A stretch of 64,000 bases of DNA from Candidatus Aminicenantes bacterium (GTDB lineage Bacteria; Acidobacteriota; Aminicenantia; UBA2199). The stretch covers positions 101,070-165,069 of the forward strand of contig JAOZUQ010000001.1 in NCBI GenBank assembly GCA_029938635.1. The letters are read 5' to 3'. The position numbers and the translations under genes are program-made. Below, piece after piece: positions 1 to 9,761 of this stretch; the stretch's first letter is position 1; the number at the start of each line of letters is the position of its first letter. The notes beneath the pieces are model-generated. The model saw only the letters and a list, made by a program, of their open reading frames with translations, was not told the DNA's origin and did not search any database.

Positions 1-232
1 TTGTGATATCATCTTCTGTCGGCCCAAGGCCGCCTGACACGATCACGAGTTGAGATCTTTTACAGGCATTTTTTATTGTCCAACTAAGGTTATCCCTGTT
101 ATCACCGACAACCATCTTCATGTCTATCAGGATCCCCTTTTCTCCAAGTTTTCTGGCAATATAAAGAGAATTTGTATCTATCTTGTCGTGGTCAAGAAGT
201 TCACTGCCGACTGCTATAAATATTGCTCTCAT
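1..232 (-). CDS. cinA: CinA-family competence/damage-inducible protein, N-terminal part (runs off window start)
   Basis: Manual translation of the minus strand from ATG at 232: MRAIFIAVGSELL...DTNSLYIA...VGDN...VSGGLGPTEDDIT, the MoCF-like CinA N-terminal motifs. Not in the ORF track. Confidence 0.9.
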   Translation of the reverse strand, partial: MRAIFIAVGSELLDHDKIDTNSLYIARKLGEKGILIDMKMVVGDNRDNLSWTIKNACKRSQLVIVSGGLGPTEDDIT

Positions 233-292
233 TTCGGTAAGATATTATTTAATTCCCCTCAACATGTCAAATTAACAACAATTATTGAGATT

Positions 293-355
293 GGTAATAG
301 GTCATGGGTCAGAGGTTTAGCATAGATACCTGTAGATCACCTCTAACCACTTACC
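293..355. repeat. Imperfect hairpin built from ~7-nt GGTNANN / ACCNNTN units
   Basis: GGTAATA-GGTCATG-GGTCAGA-GGT on one arm and ACCTCTA-ACCACTT-ACC on the other. GGTCAGAGGT pairs with ACCTCTAACC (1 mismatch) and GGTAA pairs with TTACC. Confidence 0.5.
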
Positions 356-427
356 CCTTGCCAAGTAGCTGAAAGTTTTGAATATGGGTAAATAATATGT
401 TATATTTAAACTTTATGAGGAGGAGAC

Positions 428-688
428 ATGTGTCTTGCATTTCCGGCAACAATCATCAAATTAGACGGCCCCAATGCCACCGTAGAATTCCACAATGTGA
501 AAAGAGACATTCGTGTTGACCTCATTGGTGATTGTCAGATCGGTGACCATGTTCTCGTTCATGCAGGCTTTGCAATAAATAAACTCGATGAAGAGGGAGC
601 CAGGGAGACTATGGAAACCTGGACCGAGCTTATCGAGATCATGGAAAAAGAAGATAAGAAATTAAAGAACGATCAAAGTCCCGAATAG
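428..688 (+). CDS. hypC: HypC/HybG/HupF hydrogenase maturation chaperone
   Basis: N-terminal MCLAFPA, GDHVLVHAGFAI motif; strong SD GAGGAGG. Confidence 0.95.
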   Translation: MCLAFPATIIKLDGPNATVEFHNVKRDIRVDLIGDCQIGDHVLVHAGFAINKLDEEGARETMETWTELIEIMEKEDKKLKNDQSPE

Positions 689-1776
689 GCATAGACAGCA
701 AAAGAGCCCAGCCAGTGCTCTCCCTCATAATAACCACTCCTGATATTTTCCATTGCAGTTCTCAAGTGTAATTTTAAAGCATCTTCCAATATCCCTTTAA
801 GTGGATCCCCATTCGGAATAGCCTTAAGAATTGCTGAAAAACTCCAGACCCTGCTTAAGTTCAACCCGTCCAGGTGAGATAATTTCCCATCAGTTCTGTC
901 CGAGACAATTGCGGGAATAAGAAGATTACTGTTTCTGATATCCGGGAAGAACTTTTCAAACCATTTTACAAATTCTTCATTTTCCAGGACCCTTGTCATT
1001 AGTAATATTTCCATCAGGCATGGGGAGAAAAAATCCTCACCTCCCGGTTCCCATGAATCGGGGCAATTCATATCATTCCCGAAATATCCTCTGCTCCTGG
1101 ATACAACCAGTTCAAGAAGTTTCTTATTATTTAAAGTTTTTCCGTAATCATATGCGAATAAGAGTCCGAAAGCAGTGTTAGGATGAACTCCCGTTCTGAT
1201 CGGATAGGTTTGCTTCGGCAGGAAATTCAGATAGTTCGAAACGATCTTATCAGCAAGTGGTAAAATGATGACATACATCGCCTTTCCGGCAGGATCATCC
1301 CATGTGTACAATTCTTCCGTTAACTTAAGAAGCCACGACCATCCATAAGTCCGTTCAAATGATTTTCTGCTCTTCTGATTCAGATATTCCACTTCAGCAA
1401 CTATTTTTTCAGGAGTGATGTTTCTTTTAAGTGCTGCAATAATTTTTTCTCTGATACTGATCTCAGGATAAATTTTCAGAACCCTGACCAGCATCCAATG
1501 GCCGTGAACTGAGGAGTGCCAGTCAAAACAACCATAAAATGCGGGATGCTGCTGCCTGGGAAGTTTAAGATCCTTCTCACCATTAAACACATGTGACGGT
1601 TTGTTCGGATACTCCTTCTCAATACAATTCAATGCCATCCCGGCAAATTTTAGTGCCAGCTCCTCGGAGAATTCCGGAATTTGCGGAGAACTATCATTTA
1701 CCGGTGTTGAAAAAATTTTACCGCCTGTTATTAATATAATCCCAAGTATCAGAATGATTGCCACTTTAGTTTTCAT
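673..1776 (-). CDS. DUF2891 family secreted protein
   Basis: Signal peptide; HPAFYGCFDWHSSVHGHW, FERTYGWSW, RTGVHPNTAF, HLDGLNLSR, YEGEHWLGSFA motifs. Confidence 0.85.
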   Translation of the reverse strand: MKTKVAIILILGIILITGGKIFSTPVNDSSPQIPEFSEELALKFAGMALNCIEKEYPNKPSHVFNGEKDLKLPRQQHPAFYGCFDWHSSVHGHWMLVRVLKIYPEISIREKIIAALKRNITPEKIVAEVEYLNQKSRKSFERTYGWSWLLKLTEELYTWDDPAGKAMYVIILPLADKIVSNYLNFLPKQTYPIRTGVHPNTAFGLLFAYDYGKTLNNKKLLELVVSRSRGYFGNDMNCPDSWEPGGEDFFSPCLMEILLMTRVLENEEFVKWFEKFFPDIRNSNLLIPAIVSDRTDGKLSHLDGLNLSRVWSFSAILKAIPNGDPLKGILEDALKLHLRTAMENIRSGYYEGEHWLGSFAVYAYSGL

Positions 1777-1920
1777 AATTTCTCCTTAATAAAATGATAT
1801 ATAATTTTCCGGCAATAATATCAAGTTAAAACCTCTCACGCCTTGCCCCTTACCAAATGCTCCATCTCTATGTTGTTTTTTGAGTGTAATGATTTATAAT
1901 AATAATCGGAGGAGGGGAGA

Positions 1921-2652
1921 ATGAAAAAACTAACATTATTATTTATTATTGCTGTTTTGATGGTAATCCCCGTTTCGGCAAAGGGGATGTTCGAATTCGG
2001 ATTCCATTATTCGGCCTGGAATGTAGATATGATAGCACCTATATTAGAGGATGAGATCATACCTGAGATAGAGTATTGGGATCCTGAATACGGCAGCCTC
2101 AATTTCGATTCTAACGGAAGCAATTTCGGATTTGAGTTCCGATTCTTCCCTGGTGGAAAGAACGGCTCACTTTCATTAGGGCTTTCATATGAAAGGAACA
2201 ATTTCAAAATGAAAGCCGAGGGAAGGTATGATGGATTTGATGATGACGGTGACCCTATAAAAGCAGAAGCTAAAGGCACAATAGACCTGTTCCCTCACTC
2301 GGTCAATCTCAGTATAAGATGGGAACTCTGGGCCACGAAGCGGATTCACCCGTATATCGGATTTGGTTTCGGATTCGGCGCACAGGATGCTCTTGTGAAG
2401 TTTCACTCGAGAGCAACGACTAATACAGGAGGTATTGATATTGTTGAAGAGCAGGACGAGATCTGGACCTTTGAAGATATTGTGGAAGAGTATGAAGCTG
2501 CAGAGGGAAAAAAACTGCTTGTCGGTTTCTTCCCGATTGTACATATAAATTTTGGATTTCGTGGTGAGATAGTGGACAATATATATTTTTTAGGCGAAGT
2601 CGCATTTTATGATGGACTGATATTCAGAGGTGGTATTTCATACAGGTTCTGA
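1921..2652 (+). CDS. Outer-membrane beta-barrel protein
   Basis: Signal peptide, amphipathic beta strands (PYIGFGFGF), C-terminal beta-signal ISYRF; SD GGAGG. Confidence 0.75.
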   Translation: MKKLTLLFIIAVLMVIPVSAKGMFEFGFHYSAWNVDMIAPILEDEIIPEIEYWDPEYGSLNFDSNGSNFGFEFRFFPGGKNGSLSLGLSYERNNFKMKAEGRYDGFDDDGDPIKAEAKGTIDLFPHSVNLSIRWELWATKRIHPYIGFGFGFGAQDALVKFHSRATTNTGGIDIVEEQDEIWTFEDIVEEYEAAEGKKLLVGFFPIVHINFGFRGEIVDNIYFLGEVAFYDGLIFRGGISYRF

Positions 2653-2688
2653 AGATATAATGAATTCAGAAACACCGGAATAACTCAA

Positions 2689-2988
2689 ATGGGAACTGAA
2701 GAAGAAGTCAAACTGTCATCTGACTATAAGACTATTACACCTGAAATGTATAAAGTCGTAATATTTAATGATGACTATACAACAATGGATTTTGTTGTAG
2801 AGGTACTTATATCCTTTTTCAGCAAAACAGCATCAGAGGCAACAAAAATAATGCTGGATGTTCATAAGAAGGGGAAAGGTATCTGTGGGATTTACATACT
2901 AGATATAGCTGTCACAAAGGTAAATCAGGTAAACAAATATTCAAGGGAAAATGATTTCCCTTTAAAATGCAGTTATGAGAAAACATAA
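2689..2988 (+). CDS. clpS: N-degron adaptor ClpS
   Basis: [20 protein letters not shown]...VHKKGKG; directly upstream of clpA. Confidence 0.95.
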   Translation: MGTEEEVKLSSDYKTITPEMYKVVIFNDDYTTMDFVVEVLISFFSKTASEATKIMLDVHKKGKGICGIYILDIAVTKVNQVNKYSRENDFPLKCSYEKT

Positions 2989-5277
2989 ATGAAAGTAAGC
3001 GAAGAATTGAACAATATACTTATTGCTTCATTTAATGAGGCAAAAGCAAGAACACATGAATATGTGACCCCTGAGCATATTTTGTATTCATCTCTGTTTT
3101 TCAAGACAGGGACGGATATCCTGGTGAATCTTGGGGGGAATATTAATTCGATAAAAAAACAACTCGAAGAATTTTTTAATAACAATTACATCCCTGTAGC
3201 CAACGGAAAAGACCCTGTGCAGTCAGAAGGATTCATCAATCTTATTGAGAATGCAATGATACATATCTCTTCAGCCGGCAAGGAAGTCCTCAATGTTTCT
3301 GATGTGTTTGCTGCCTTTTTTTCCGATAAGAATTCTCAGATTGTTTCTTTGTTGAATAATGAAGGGCTGACAAAACTCAACCTCCTCACTTATATTTCAC
3401 ATGGAATGGATGATCCGGAACTTCATTCTGTTGAAAAAGATAAAAAAGTACCTGAATCAGCAGTCGGAGAAGAGCAGGTACCTTCAAAAAAACCCGAATC
3501 AAAGAAAAAAGGAAAAAGTTTATCGTTATATGCTGTCGAACTTACCGAACTTGCCCGCAATGGAGAGCTTGATCCTGTGATCGGAAGAGAAAATGAGATA
3601 GAAAGGACAATCCAGGTCCTCTGCAGAAGAACAAAGAACAATCCTATCCATGTTGGTGAACCCGGAGTGGGAAAAACAGCAATAACGGAAGGGTTGGCAC
3701 AACTTATTGCAAAGAGCAAAGTACCGGAAGATCTCATGAACAAAAAGATCTACCGCCTGGACCTCGGAGGGCTTATTGCCGGAACAAAATACAGGGGCGA
3801 TTTTGAGGACAGGCTGAAAAAAATAATCAACGAGCTTGTTGAATCCGGAGAGAACATCCTGTTCATTGATGAGATTCACAATATAGTAGGTGCCGGAGCT
3901 GTATCAGGCGGGGCAATGGATGCATCAAACATTTTAAAGCCGGTTTTATCCGCAAGGAAACTCCAGTGTATCGGTTCTACTACCTACGAAGAATATAAAA
4001 AATATTTTGAAAAGGACAGGGCTCTCTCAAGACGGTTTCAGAAAATAGATATAAAAGAGCCCTCCATCGAAGAAACAGTCTCCATACTTAAAGGGATTAA
4101 AAATAAATTTGAAGAATTTCATAAGGTTAAATACAGTGACAATGCTCTCACCACCGCTGTTGATTTATCAGATAAATATATTAACGAGAGATTCCTTCCT
4201 GATAAAGCTATCGATGTTATTGACGAAGCAGGAGCTCTCCTTAAGATCGAAAATGGGAAGAGGGAAAAGAAAAGCTATCGTATCGGTAAAAAAGAGATCG
4301 AGAAGGTAATATCTAATATATCCCGTATTCCGGAAAAAAATGTTTCAGAAAAAGACCTTTCAAAGTTGAAAAGAGTTGAGAAAGAACTCCGAAAAAGGAT
4401 ATTTGGACAGAACAACGCCGTATCTCTCGTGTCTGAAGCTATCAAAAGATCCAGAGCGGGTTTTGGCAAAGAGGATAAACCTGTCGCATCTTTCCTCTTT
4501 GTCGGGCCTACAGGTGTAGGAAAAACGGAATTATCGAAAGAACTTGCATCTGTTCTGAACATTAGCTTTCACAGATTTGACATGTCCGAATACCAGGAAC
4601 GTCATGCGGTTGCGCGTCTGATCGGAGCTCCCCCCGGCTACGTCGGTTTCGATCAGGGAGGATTGTTGACTGAAACTATAAGGAAGGATCCACACTGCGT
4701 ATTATTACTTGATGAGATCGAAAAAGCTCACAGTGACATCTTTAACACCCTCCTTCAGATAATGGACTATGCAACTCTTACTGATAATACCGGGAGGAAA
4801 GCTGATTTCAGGAATGTAATAATTGTTATGACCTCAAACGCAGGTGCAAGAAAGATCGGAAAATCGGGAATAGGTTTTGATGATAAGATAATTAAAGATG
4901 AAGCAATTTCAAGATCGGTTGAAAAATACTTCTCTCCTGAGTTCAGGAACCGGCTCGATAAAATAGTAATATTTGAAAGACTCGATAAAAGCTCTGTTCT
5001 TAACATTGTTAAAAAAGAGATCAATGAGTTCAGAGATCAGCTGAATGTAAAGAATATTAAAATCGATCTCACTCCGGATGTTTACAAATATATTGCAAAA
5101 CTTGGTTATTCAAATCTTTTCGGAGCGAGAGAGATCGCAAGAGTGGTTCAGGAACAGATCAAAGATTACTTTGTGGATGAAGTACTTTTCGGAAAACTCT
5201 CCAGGGGAGGGGAAGTATCGGGAAGAATTAATAATAATAAAATTGTTTTTGAAATAAATAAAAAGAAGGACAAATAA
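2989..5277 (+). CDS. clpA: ATP-dependent Clp protease ATP-binding subunit ClpA
   Basis: Clp N domain, two AAA+ modules (GEPGVGKT, GPTGVGKT), no coiled-coil M domain, IGF ClpP-binding loop, follows clpS. Confidence 0.95.
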   Translation: MKVSEELNNILIASFNEAKARTHEYVTPEHILYSSLFFKTGTDILVNLGGNINSIKKQLEEFFNNNYIPVANGKDPVQSEGFINLIENAMIHISSAGKEVLNVSDVFAAFFSDKNSQIVSLLNNEGLTKLNLLTYISHGMDDPELHSVEKDKKVPESAVGEEQVPSKKPESKKKGKSLSLYAVELTELARNGELDPVIGRENEIERTIQVLCRRTKNNPIHVGEPGVGKTAITEGLAQLIAKSKVPEDLMNKKIYRLDLGGLIAGTKYRGDFEDRLKKIINELVESGENILFIDEIHNIVGAGAVSGGAMDASNILKPVLSARKLQCIGSTTYEEYKKYFEKDRALSRRFQKIDIKEPSIEETVSILKGIKNKFEEFHKVKYSDNALTTAVDLSDKYINERFLPDKAIDVIDEAGALLKIENGKREKKSYRIGKKEIEKVISNISRIPEKNVSEKDLSKLKRVEKELRKRIFGQNNAVSLVSEAIKRSRAGFGKEDKPVASFLFVGPTGVGKTELSKELASVLNISFHRFDMSEYQERHAVARLIGAPPGYVGFDQGGLLTETIRKDPHCVLLLDEIEKAHSDIFNTLLQIMDYATLTDNTGRKADFRNVIIVMTSNAGARKIGKSGIGFDDKIIKDEAISRSVEKYFSPEFRNRLDKIVIFERLDKSSVLNIVKKEINEFRDQLNVKNIKIDLTPDVYKYIAKLGYSNLFGAREIARVVQEQIKDYFVDEVLFGKLSRGGEVSGRINNNKIVFEINKKKDK

Positions 5278-5305
5278 GGGAGAGAGTATACCCCCCTCCC
5301 CCTTT
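5277..5305 (-). terminator. Intrinsic terminator between converging clpA and the DUF6600 gene
   Basis: Minus strand GGGAGGGGG...CTCTCTCCC stem (G-U pairs) followed by TTATTT. Confidence 0.55.
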
Positions 5306-5310
5306 TATCG

Positions 5311-7377
5311 CTACTTCTTCCTCACCGATCTTGACGAAGATCTTGATGATGAAGAGGATGATGAGCGTGAAGAGCTCTTCGACGATGAACTTCTGGAATA
5401 ACTCCTGGAACTGCTTCCTTTTGAATAACTTTTAGAGCTTCCGCTTCGTGAATAGCTTTTCGAATAACTTTTTGAACTCTTGGAATAGTTTTTATAGGAT
5501 GATGAATTTCCAGACCCGTAATTGTAACTTTTCTTCTTGTATGTGGAAGTCCGAGGTGTGTATGATCTGTAGCTTTTATATGTACTACTCTTGCTGCTAC
5601 TGTATTTTGGTTTTGAGTAAGTGTATTTATTTCCTGAAGTATAACTCTTTTTCTTGTATGAAGATGTCCCTTTTGTTGAAGAATAGTATCTCTTGTAAGT
5701 ATACTTGGATGAATTGGTATTTCCACTCCCGTATCCGGAGATCTTAGAAAGCCCCCGGGTGCTTTTTGAAGAAGGATAAATTGAGTTCCCGGAACTTTGT
5801 GATCCCGAATATCCCCTGTTGGAAAAAGAAGGATATCCTGAGTTCTTCTTTTTCTTTACTTTTGAACGGGTACTTGAACTTGAAGACTTTTTCACTCTTG
5901 ATGTTGATTTCCCGCTGCTTTTATAACTCTTGCTCGAGATCCCTTTTACAGACTTCGTATTCCTGGATCCTGAATATTTGAAAGTGTTGCTCCTTGTGGA
6001 CTTGTTACTCTTATATTTGTAAACAGCCCTTTTCTGAGAAGTACCCGAGCTTTTGTACTTGGAAGGTTTATAGTATGTGGATGATTTTATTCCACTCTCT
6101 TTGAACCTTACTGTCCTCCCTTTGGAATTAAGGACATTCACCTGCTTATAGTTGTATTTGCCGGAAGGAGAAACACCCCTGTATGCAAGCCCCTTGTTCT
6201 TCATTTTAATGAAAGAACCCTGTTTCAAAGCAACCTTTCTTACTGATCTTCCGAGATTTCCCTTCTTAATGAATACAGATGACTGGGATCCCCATGGAAT
6301 ACCGTTCCTGTATTTATAGTTTCTGAGCCATCTCTTGTTAATAACAATTACCGGCCTGTTATACCTGCTCAGAGGTGTCCAGCCGTAATATGATCCGCTA
6401 TAACACCATCCTACCCATGCAGGAGACCATCTGTAACCTGGAAGCCAATGCCAGCCCCAGAAAGGATCATAGTGCCATCTGCCGTAGTGATATGTAAATG
6501 AGTTCCATGGATCATATGAATACCAGTAATAACCGTAATGTGGAGTGTGGACCCATCTGCCGTTGTAATAAGGCCTCCAATTGTTCCCTACATTGTAGGG
6601 GATCCAGATGTTGGATCCGTAAGTCGAACTATACCTCCACCTTCCTGATCTTGATAATTCATATTCATAATCTTCATAACCTCTGTCAAGATACCTTGAA
6701 GAACTGCTTCTTGCATAGTTTACAAGATTGTGTCTCTCAGCGTTCCACAGATCAAAATTATCTTTTTCAGATGAATAGAAAAAGAAAGGCCTCTCGAGAA
6801 CTGAACCATCTCTCATTACTACCTTCTGATTTTCCATAACATTTCTGCTTAAGTTTTCCCCTGCTACTTCAGCAAGTCCCTCATAAACAAAAACTTCAGT
6901 TCCACGTGTTCCGTTATAGTTGATCCTGTAAACACCCCGGTTAAGAATGAAGATTCCACAATCCGGAGTTTGAATCTCAATATCTTTCTCATAATCAAGA
7001 TTGTGAAGATCAAGATATATCCCGCCTCTCCTCACAAAAATCCTGAGGTCGGTTTTTCTCAGTTGCGGGACTTTCTGAAATTCAACTTCAGTATCATAAT
7101 CAAGTCTGAGAAAATTTGACCTGCCCAGATAAATATCAAGTCTGCCGTCATTGGTCCCGGCAATATCTTTTTCAAATATGGGAATGTTAACTCCGGCTTC
7201 TTCGCGGCCCTCGTCGAAGCTTCTTGTCACATAGGTATCTCCCTGAGAGTATTTTACCTTTATGACCTTTGCATTATCGTAGTACTTAGCAACAGTCTGC
7301 TCCGGCTGGGGATAATCAGCAAAAGCTGAAACAGACACAAATATGGCAATGATTGAAAATATTATTAATTTTTTCAT
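5311..7377 (-). CDS. Secreted FecR-like + DUF6600 protein with long Ser/Lys/Tyr/Arg low-complexity tail
   Basis: Signal peptide; FecR-like N domain; WRPYYNGRW...YHYGRW...WSPAWV DUF6600 motifs; S/K/Y/R-rich C-terminus. Confidence 0.8.
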   Translation of the reverse strand: MKKLIIFSIIAIFVSVSAFADYPQPEQTVAKYYDNAKVIKVKYSQGDTYVTRSFDEGREEAGVNIPIFEKDIAGTNDGRLDIYLGRSNFLRLDYDTEVEFQKVPQLRKTDLRIFVRRGGIYLDLHNLDYEKDIEIQTPDCGIFILNRGVYRINYNGTRGTEVFVYEGLAEVAGENLSRNVMENQKVVMRDGSVLERPFFFYSSEKDNFDLWNAERHNLVNYARSSSSRYLDRGYEDYEYELSRSGRWRYSSTYGSNIWIPYNVGNNWRPYYNGRWVHTPHYGYYWYSYDPWNSFTYHYGRWHYDPFWGWHWLPGYRWSPAWVGWCYSGSYYGWTPLSRYNRPVIVINKRWLRNYKYRNGIPWGSQSSVFIKKGNLGRSVRKVALKQGSFIKMKNKGLAYRGVSPSGKYNYKQVNVLNSKGRTVRFKESGIKSSTYYKPSKYKSSGTSQKRAVYKYKSNKSTRSNTFKYSGSRNTKSVKGISSKSYKSSGKSTSRVKKSSSSSTRSKVKKKKNSGYPSFSNRGYSGSQSSGNSIYPSSKSTRGLSKISGYGSGNTNSSKYTYKRYYSSTKGTSSYKKKSYTSGNKYTYSKPKYSSSKSSTYKSYRSYTPRTSTYKKKSYNYGSGNSSSYKNYSKSSKSYSKSYSRSGSSKSYSKGSSSRSYSRSSSSKSSSRSSSSSSSRSSSRSVRKK

Positions 7378-7398
7378 TTTTACCTCCTACTTTACATT

Positions 7399-7415
7399 AG
7401 CATTATCGATGCCAA
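7399..7415 (-). promoter_or_regulatory. Sigma-54 (-24/-12) promoter of the FecR/DUF6600 gene
   Basis: Minus strand TTGGCATCGATAATGCT = GG-N10-GC, just upstream of SD GGAGGT. Confidence 0.65.
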
Positions 7416-7485
7416 TAGAAACATGTTAACATTGTCCTGTTTTTATTACAAAAACAGAGGAGTTTATAGATTTAGCGGGAAATTA

Positions 7486-8310
7486 TTATTTCTTCTTCAG
7501 ATTTATGGCTTTTACCGTCTCATTGGCAAGCTTGTCAATTTCCTTTATTAACAATGTCTCTTTCTTATCAATATAATAAGGAGTTTCGTTGTCTTTTTTC
7601 AATCCAACTGTATTATCGAATGGGAATTCTGCAAGAATTTTATAACCGAGAGCTTTGGTAGAATTTTTCGGATCGGAAATCGGGAACATTTCTGTTTTTT
7701 CATTACAATGAGCACAAATAAGATATTTCATATTCTCGACTATACCCAATATTTCTGTTTCTATCTTATCGGCTTTGAACATATTAATCATCTTAAGTAC
7801 ATCTGCAATAGATGCTTCCTGGGGTGTAGTAACAATTATTCCACCATCAAGCTTAACTTTCTGCAGAATTGACAGAGGGACATCTCCGGTTCCGGGTGGC
7901 AGATCTATAAGCATGATATCAAGCTCACCCCATTTTACATTCCGGAAGAATTGCTCGATCAATTTATTGGCAAGAGCGCCTCTCCAGATAAGTGCTTTCT
8001 CTTTATCTGTGATAAAACCGACAGACATGATCTGGATCCCGAATTTTTCAATGGGGATCATGAACTCGCCCTCTGCCCTGACCTTTACATTATCCACACC
8101 AAGCATCAGCGGCACATTAGGCCCGTAAATATCTGCATCCATAATTCCCACTTTGTAACCCTTCGAAGCAAGGGCAAGTGCCAGATTCACAGTTACAGTT
8201 GATTTCCCCACTCCACCTTTTCCACTTGCAACAGCTATCACTTTCTCTGCGGAAACCGGTATCTTGTCGAATAGAGCCATATTATCGAATAATTTTGATT
8301 TGTCTTCCAT
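7486..8310 (-). CDS. mrp: Mrp/NBP35 (ApbC) Fe-S cluster carrier ATPase
   Basis: GKGGVGKS deviant Walker A, DADIYGP, WRG, DLPPGTGD, ENM-x3-ICAHC. Confidence 0.92.
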   Translation of the reverse strand: MEDKSKLFDNMALFDKIPVSAEKVIAVASGKGGVGKSTVTVNLALALASKGYKVGIMDADIYGPNVPLMLGVDNVKVRAEGEFMIPIEKFGIQIMSVGFITDKEKALIWRGALANKLIEQFFRNVKWGELDIMLIDLPPGTGDVPLSILQKVKLDGGIIVTTPQEASIADVLKMINMFKADKIETEILGIVENMKYLICAHCNEKTEMFPISDPKNSTKALGYKILAEFPFDNTVGLKKDNETPYYIDKKETLLIKEIDKLANETVKAINLKKK

Positions 8311-8424
8311 TTTTCACCTCTAAATTATCTTCAGAGATCACAATCACATCGTGATCCTTCAAAAATTCTGCCACAAGAAAGGCAGTAAAGTTTATTTAAA
8401 TCTAAAATAAAAAATTTCGTTTTA

Positions 8425-8667
<243 letters not shown>

Positions 8668-8790
8668 TTAACTTTTTAACTACATTCTCTAATACTGTTT
8701 TCCTATTTACTTTGATTCCGGTATAAACTAAAATTGATTTTTAATTAACCTGCAATGAATTGATGCAGATTAAAACTTATTGGAGAAAAA

Positions 8791-9672
8791 ATGAAAAAAA
8801 AATCAATGATCATAATATTTTTTATTATATTTTCCGCAATTACTCTCTTCCCCGGTACTGAGCCTGAAGGCACTTCTCTTTTCCCGACAATGGATGATTT
8901 CTCCTTTGATGGAAAAATAGAAACATATACGCCTGACACTCTCTTCGAATATATAAATGGGGGAGCTGACCTTTTCCTCAACTTCGATTTTGTCAAGCTT
9001 CACTCCTTAAGATATAAAAATAAAGATGGCGGTGAGATCACGGCGGATATTTATATTCACTCAAACCTTCCTAACGGATTCGGTATTTATACCCAGGAGA
9101 GGCCGACAGAGGGTGTTTTTATTGAGATAGGAACAGAAGGGTATTATGAAGAGGGCCTTTTGAATTTTTTCAAAGGCCCGGCATATGTCAAAATAAGCAG
9201 TTTTGATCTCGGGAAAAGTGAAGAATTGATACTGAAAAAACTAGCGGCAGGTATATCAGGAAGGATTCCCCAACCGAAAGGGTATCCGGCCATTTTCTCC
9301 AGGTTCCCTTCTGAAAACAAATTTCCCGGTTCGGAGAAATTTATCAATATCAATTTCCTCGGCCACTCATTCCTCAACAGGGTTTATTCGAGAGAATATT
9401 CAAACAATGAGACAATTTTAAGGCTTTTCGTTATCAAAAACGATTCAGTATCTGAATCTGAAGAAGTTCTGTCCAAATATATTGAATTCATCAAAAGGAA
9501 AAACGGTGTGATCAAAAAGAAAGGCAACATTACAACCTTCACCGATCCTTATTATAAGAACAAGGGAAAGATGAACTTTCTGATTTCCGGTAATATTCTC
9601 ATAGGAATGTTTTCTGATGATCCGGGAATATTCCTCAAGATGGCCGGACATATTATTGGAAAAACTAAATAA
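8791..9672 (+). CDS. DUF6599-like exported protein
   Basis: Signal peptide; LFEYINGGA and FFKGPAYVKI motifs. Confidence 0.65.
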   Translation: MKKKSMIIIFFIIFSAITLFPGTEPEGTSLFPTMDDFSFDGKIETYTPDTLFEYINGGADLFLNFDFVKLHSLRYKNKDGGEITADIYIHSNLPNGFGIYTQERPTEGVFIEIGTEGYYEEGLLNFFKGPAYVKISSFDLGKSEELILKKLAAGISGRIPQPKGYPAIFSRFPSENKFPGSEKFININFLGHSFLNRVYSREYSNNETILRLFVIKNDSVSESEEVLSKYIEFIKRKNGVIKKKGNITTFTDPYYKNKGKMNFLISGNILIGMFSDDPGIFLKMAGHIIGKTK

Positions 9673-9761
9673 AAAAGGATTGATAACAGGTTTGATTTTT
9701 TCCTGCAATTTTACTACTATCAGATATTCTGGATATGAATTAAAATTATAAAGGAGGAATA

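Noticed and set aside
5322-5981. Overlapping alternative-frame and antisense ORFs in the Ser-rich tail, and the many antisense ORFs inside housekeeping genes
   Set aside because: Expected shadows of codon bias and low-complexity coding sequence; no recognisable motifs.
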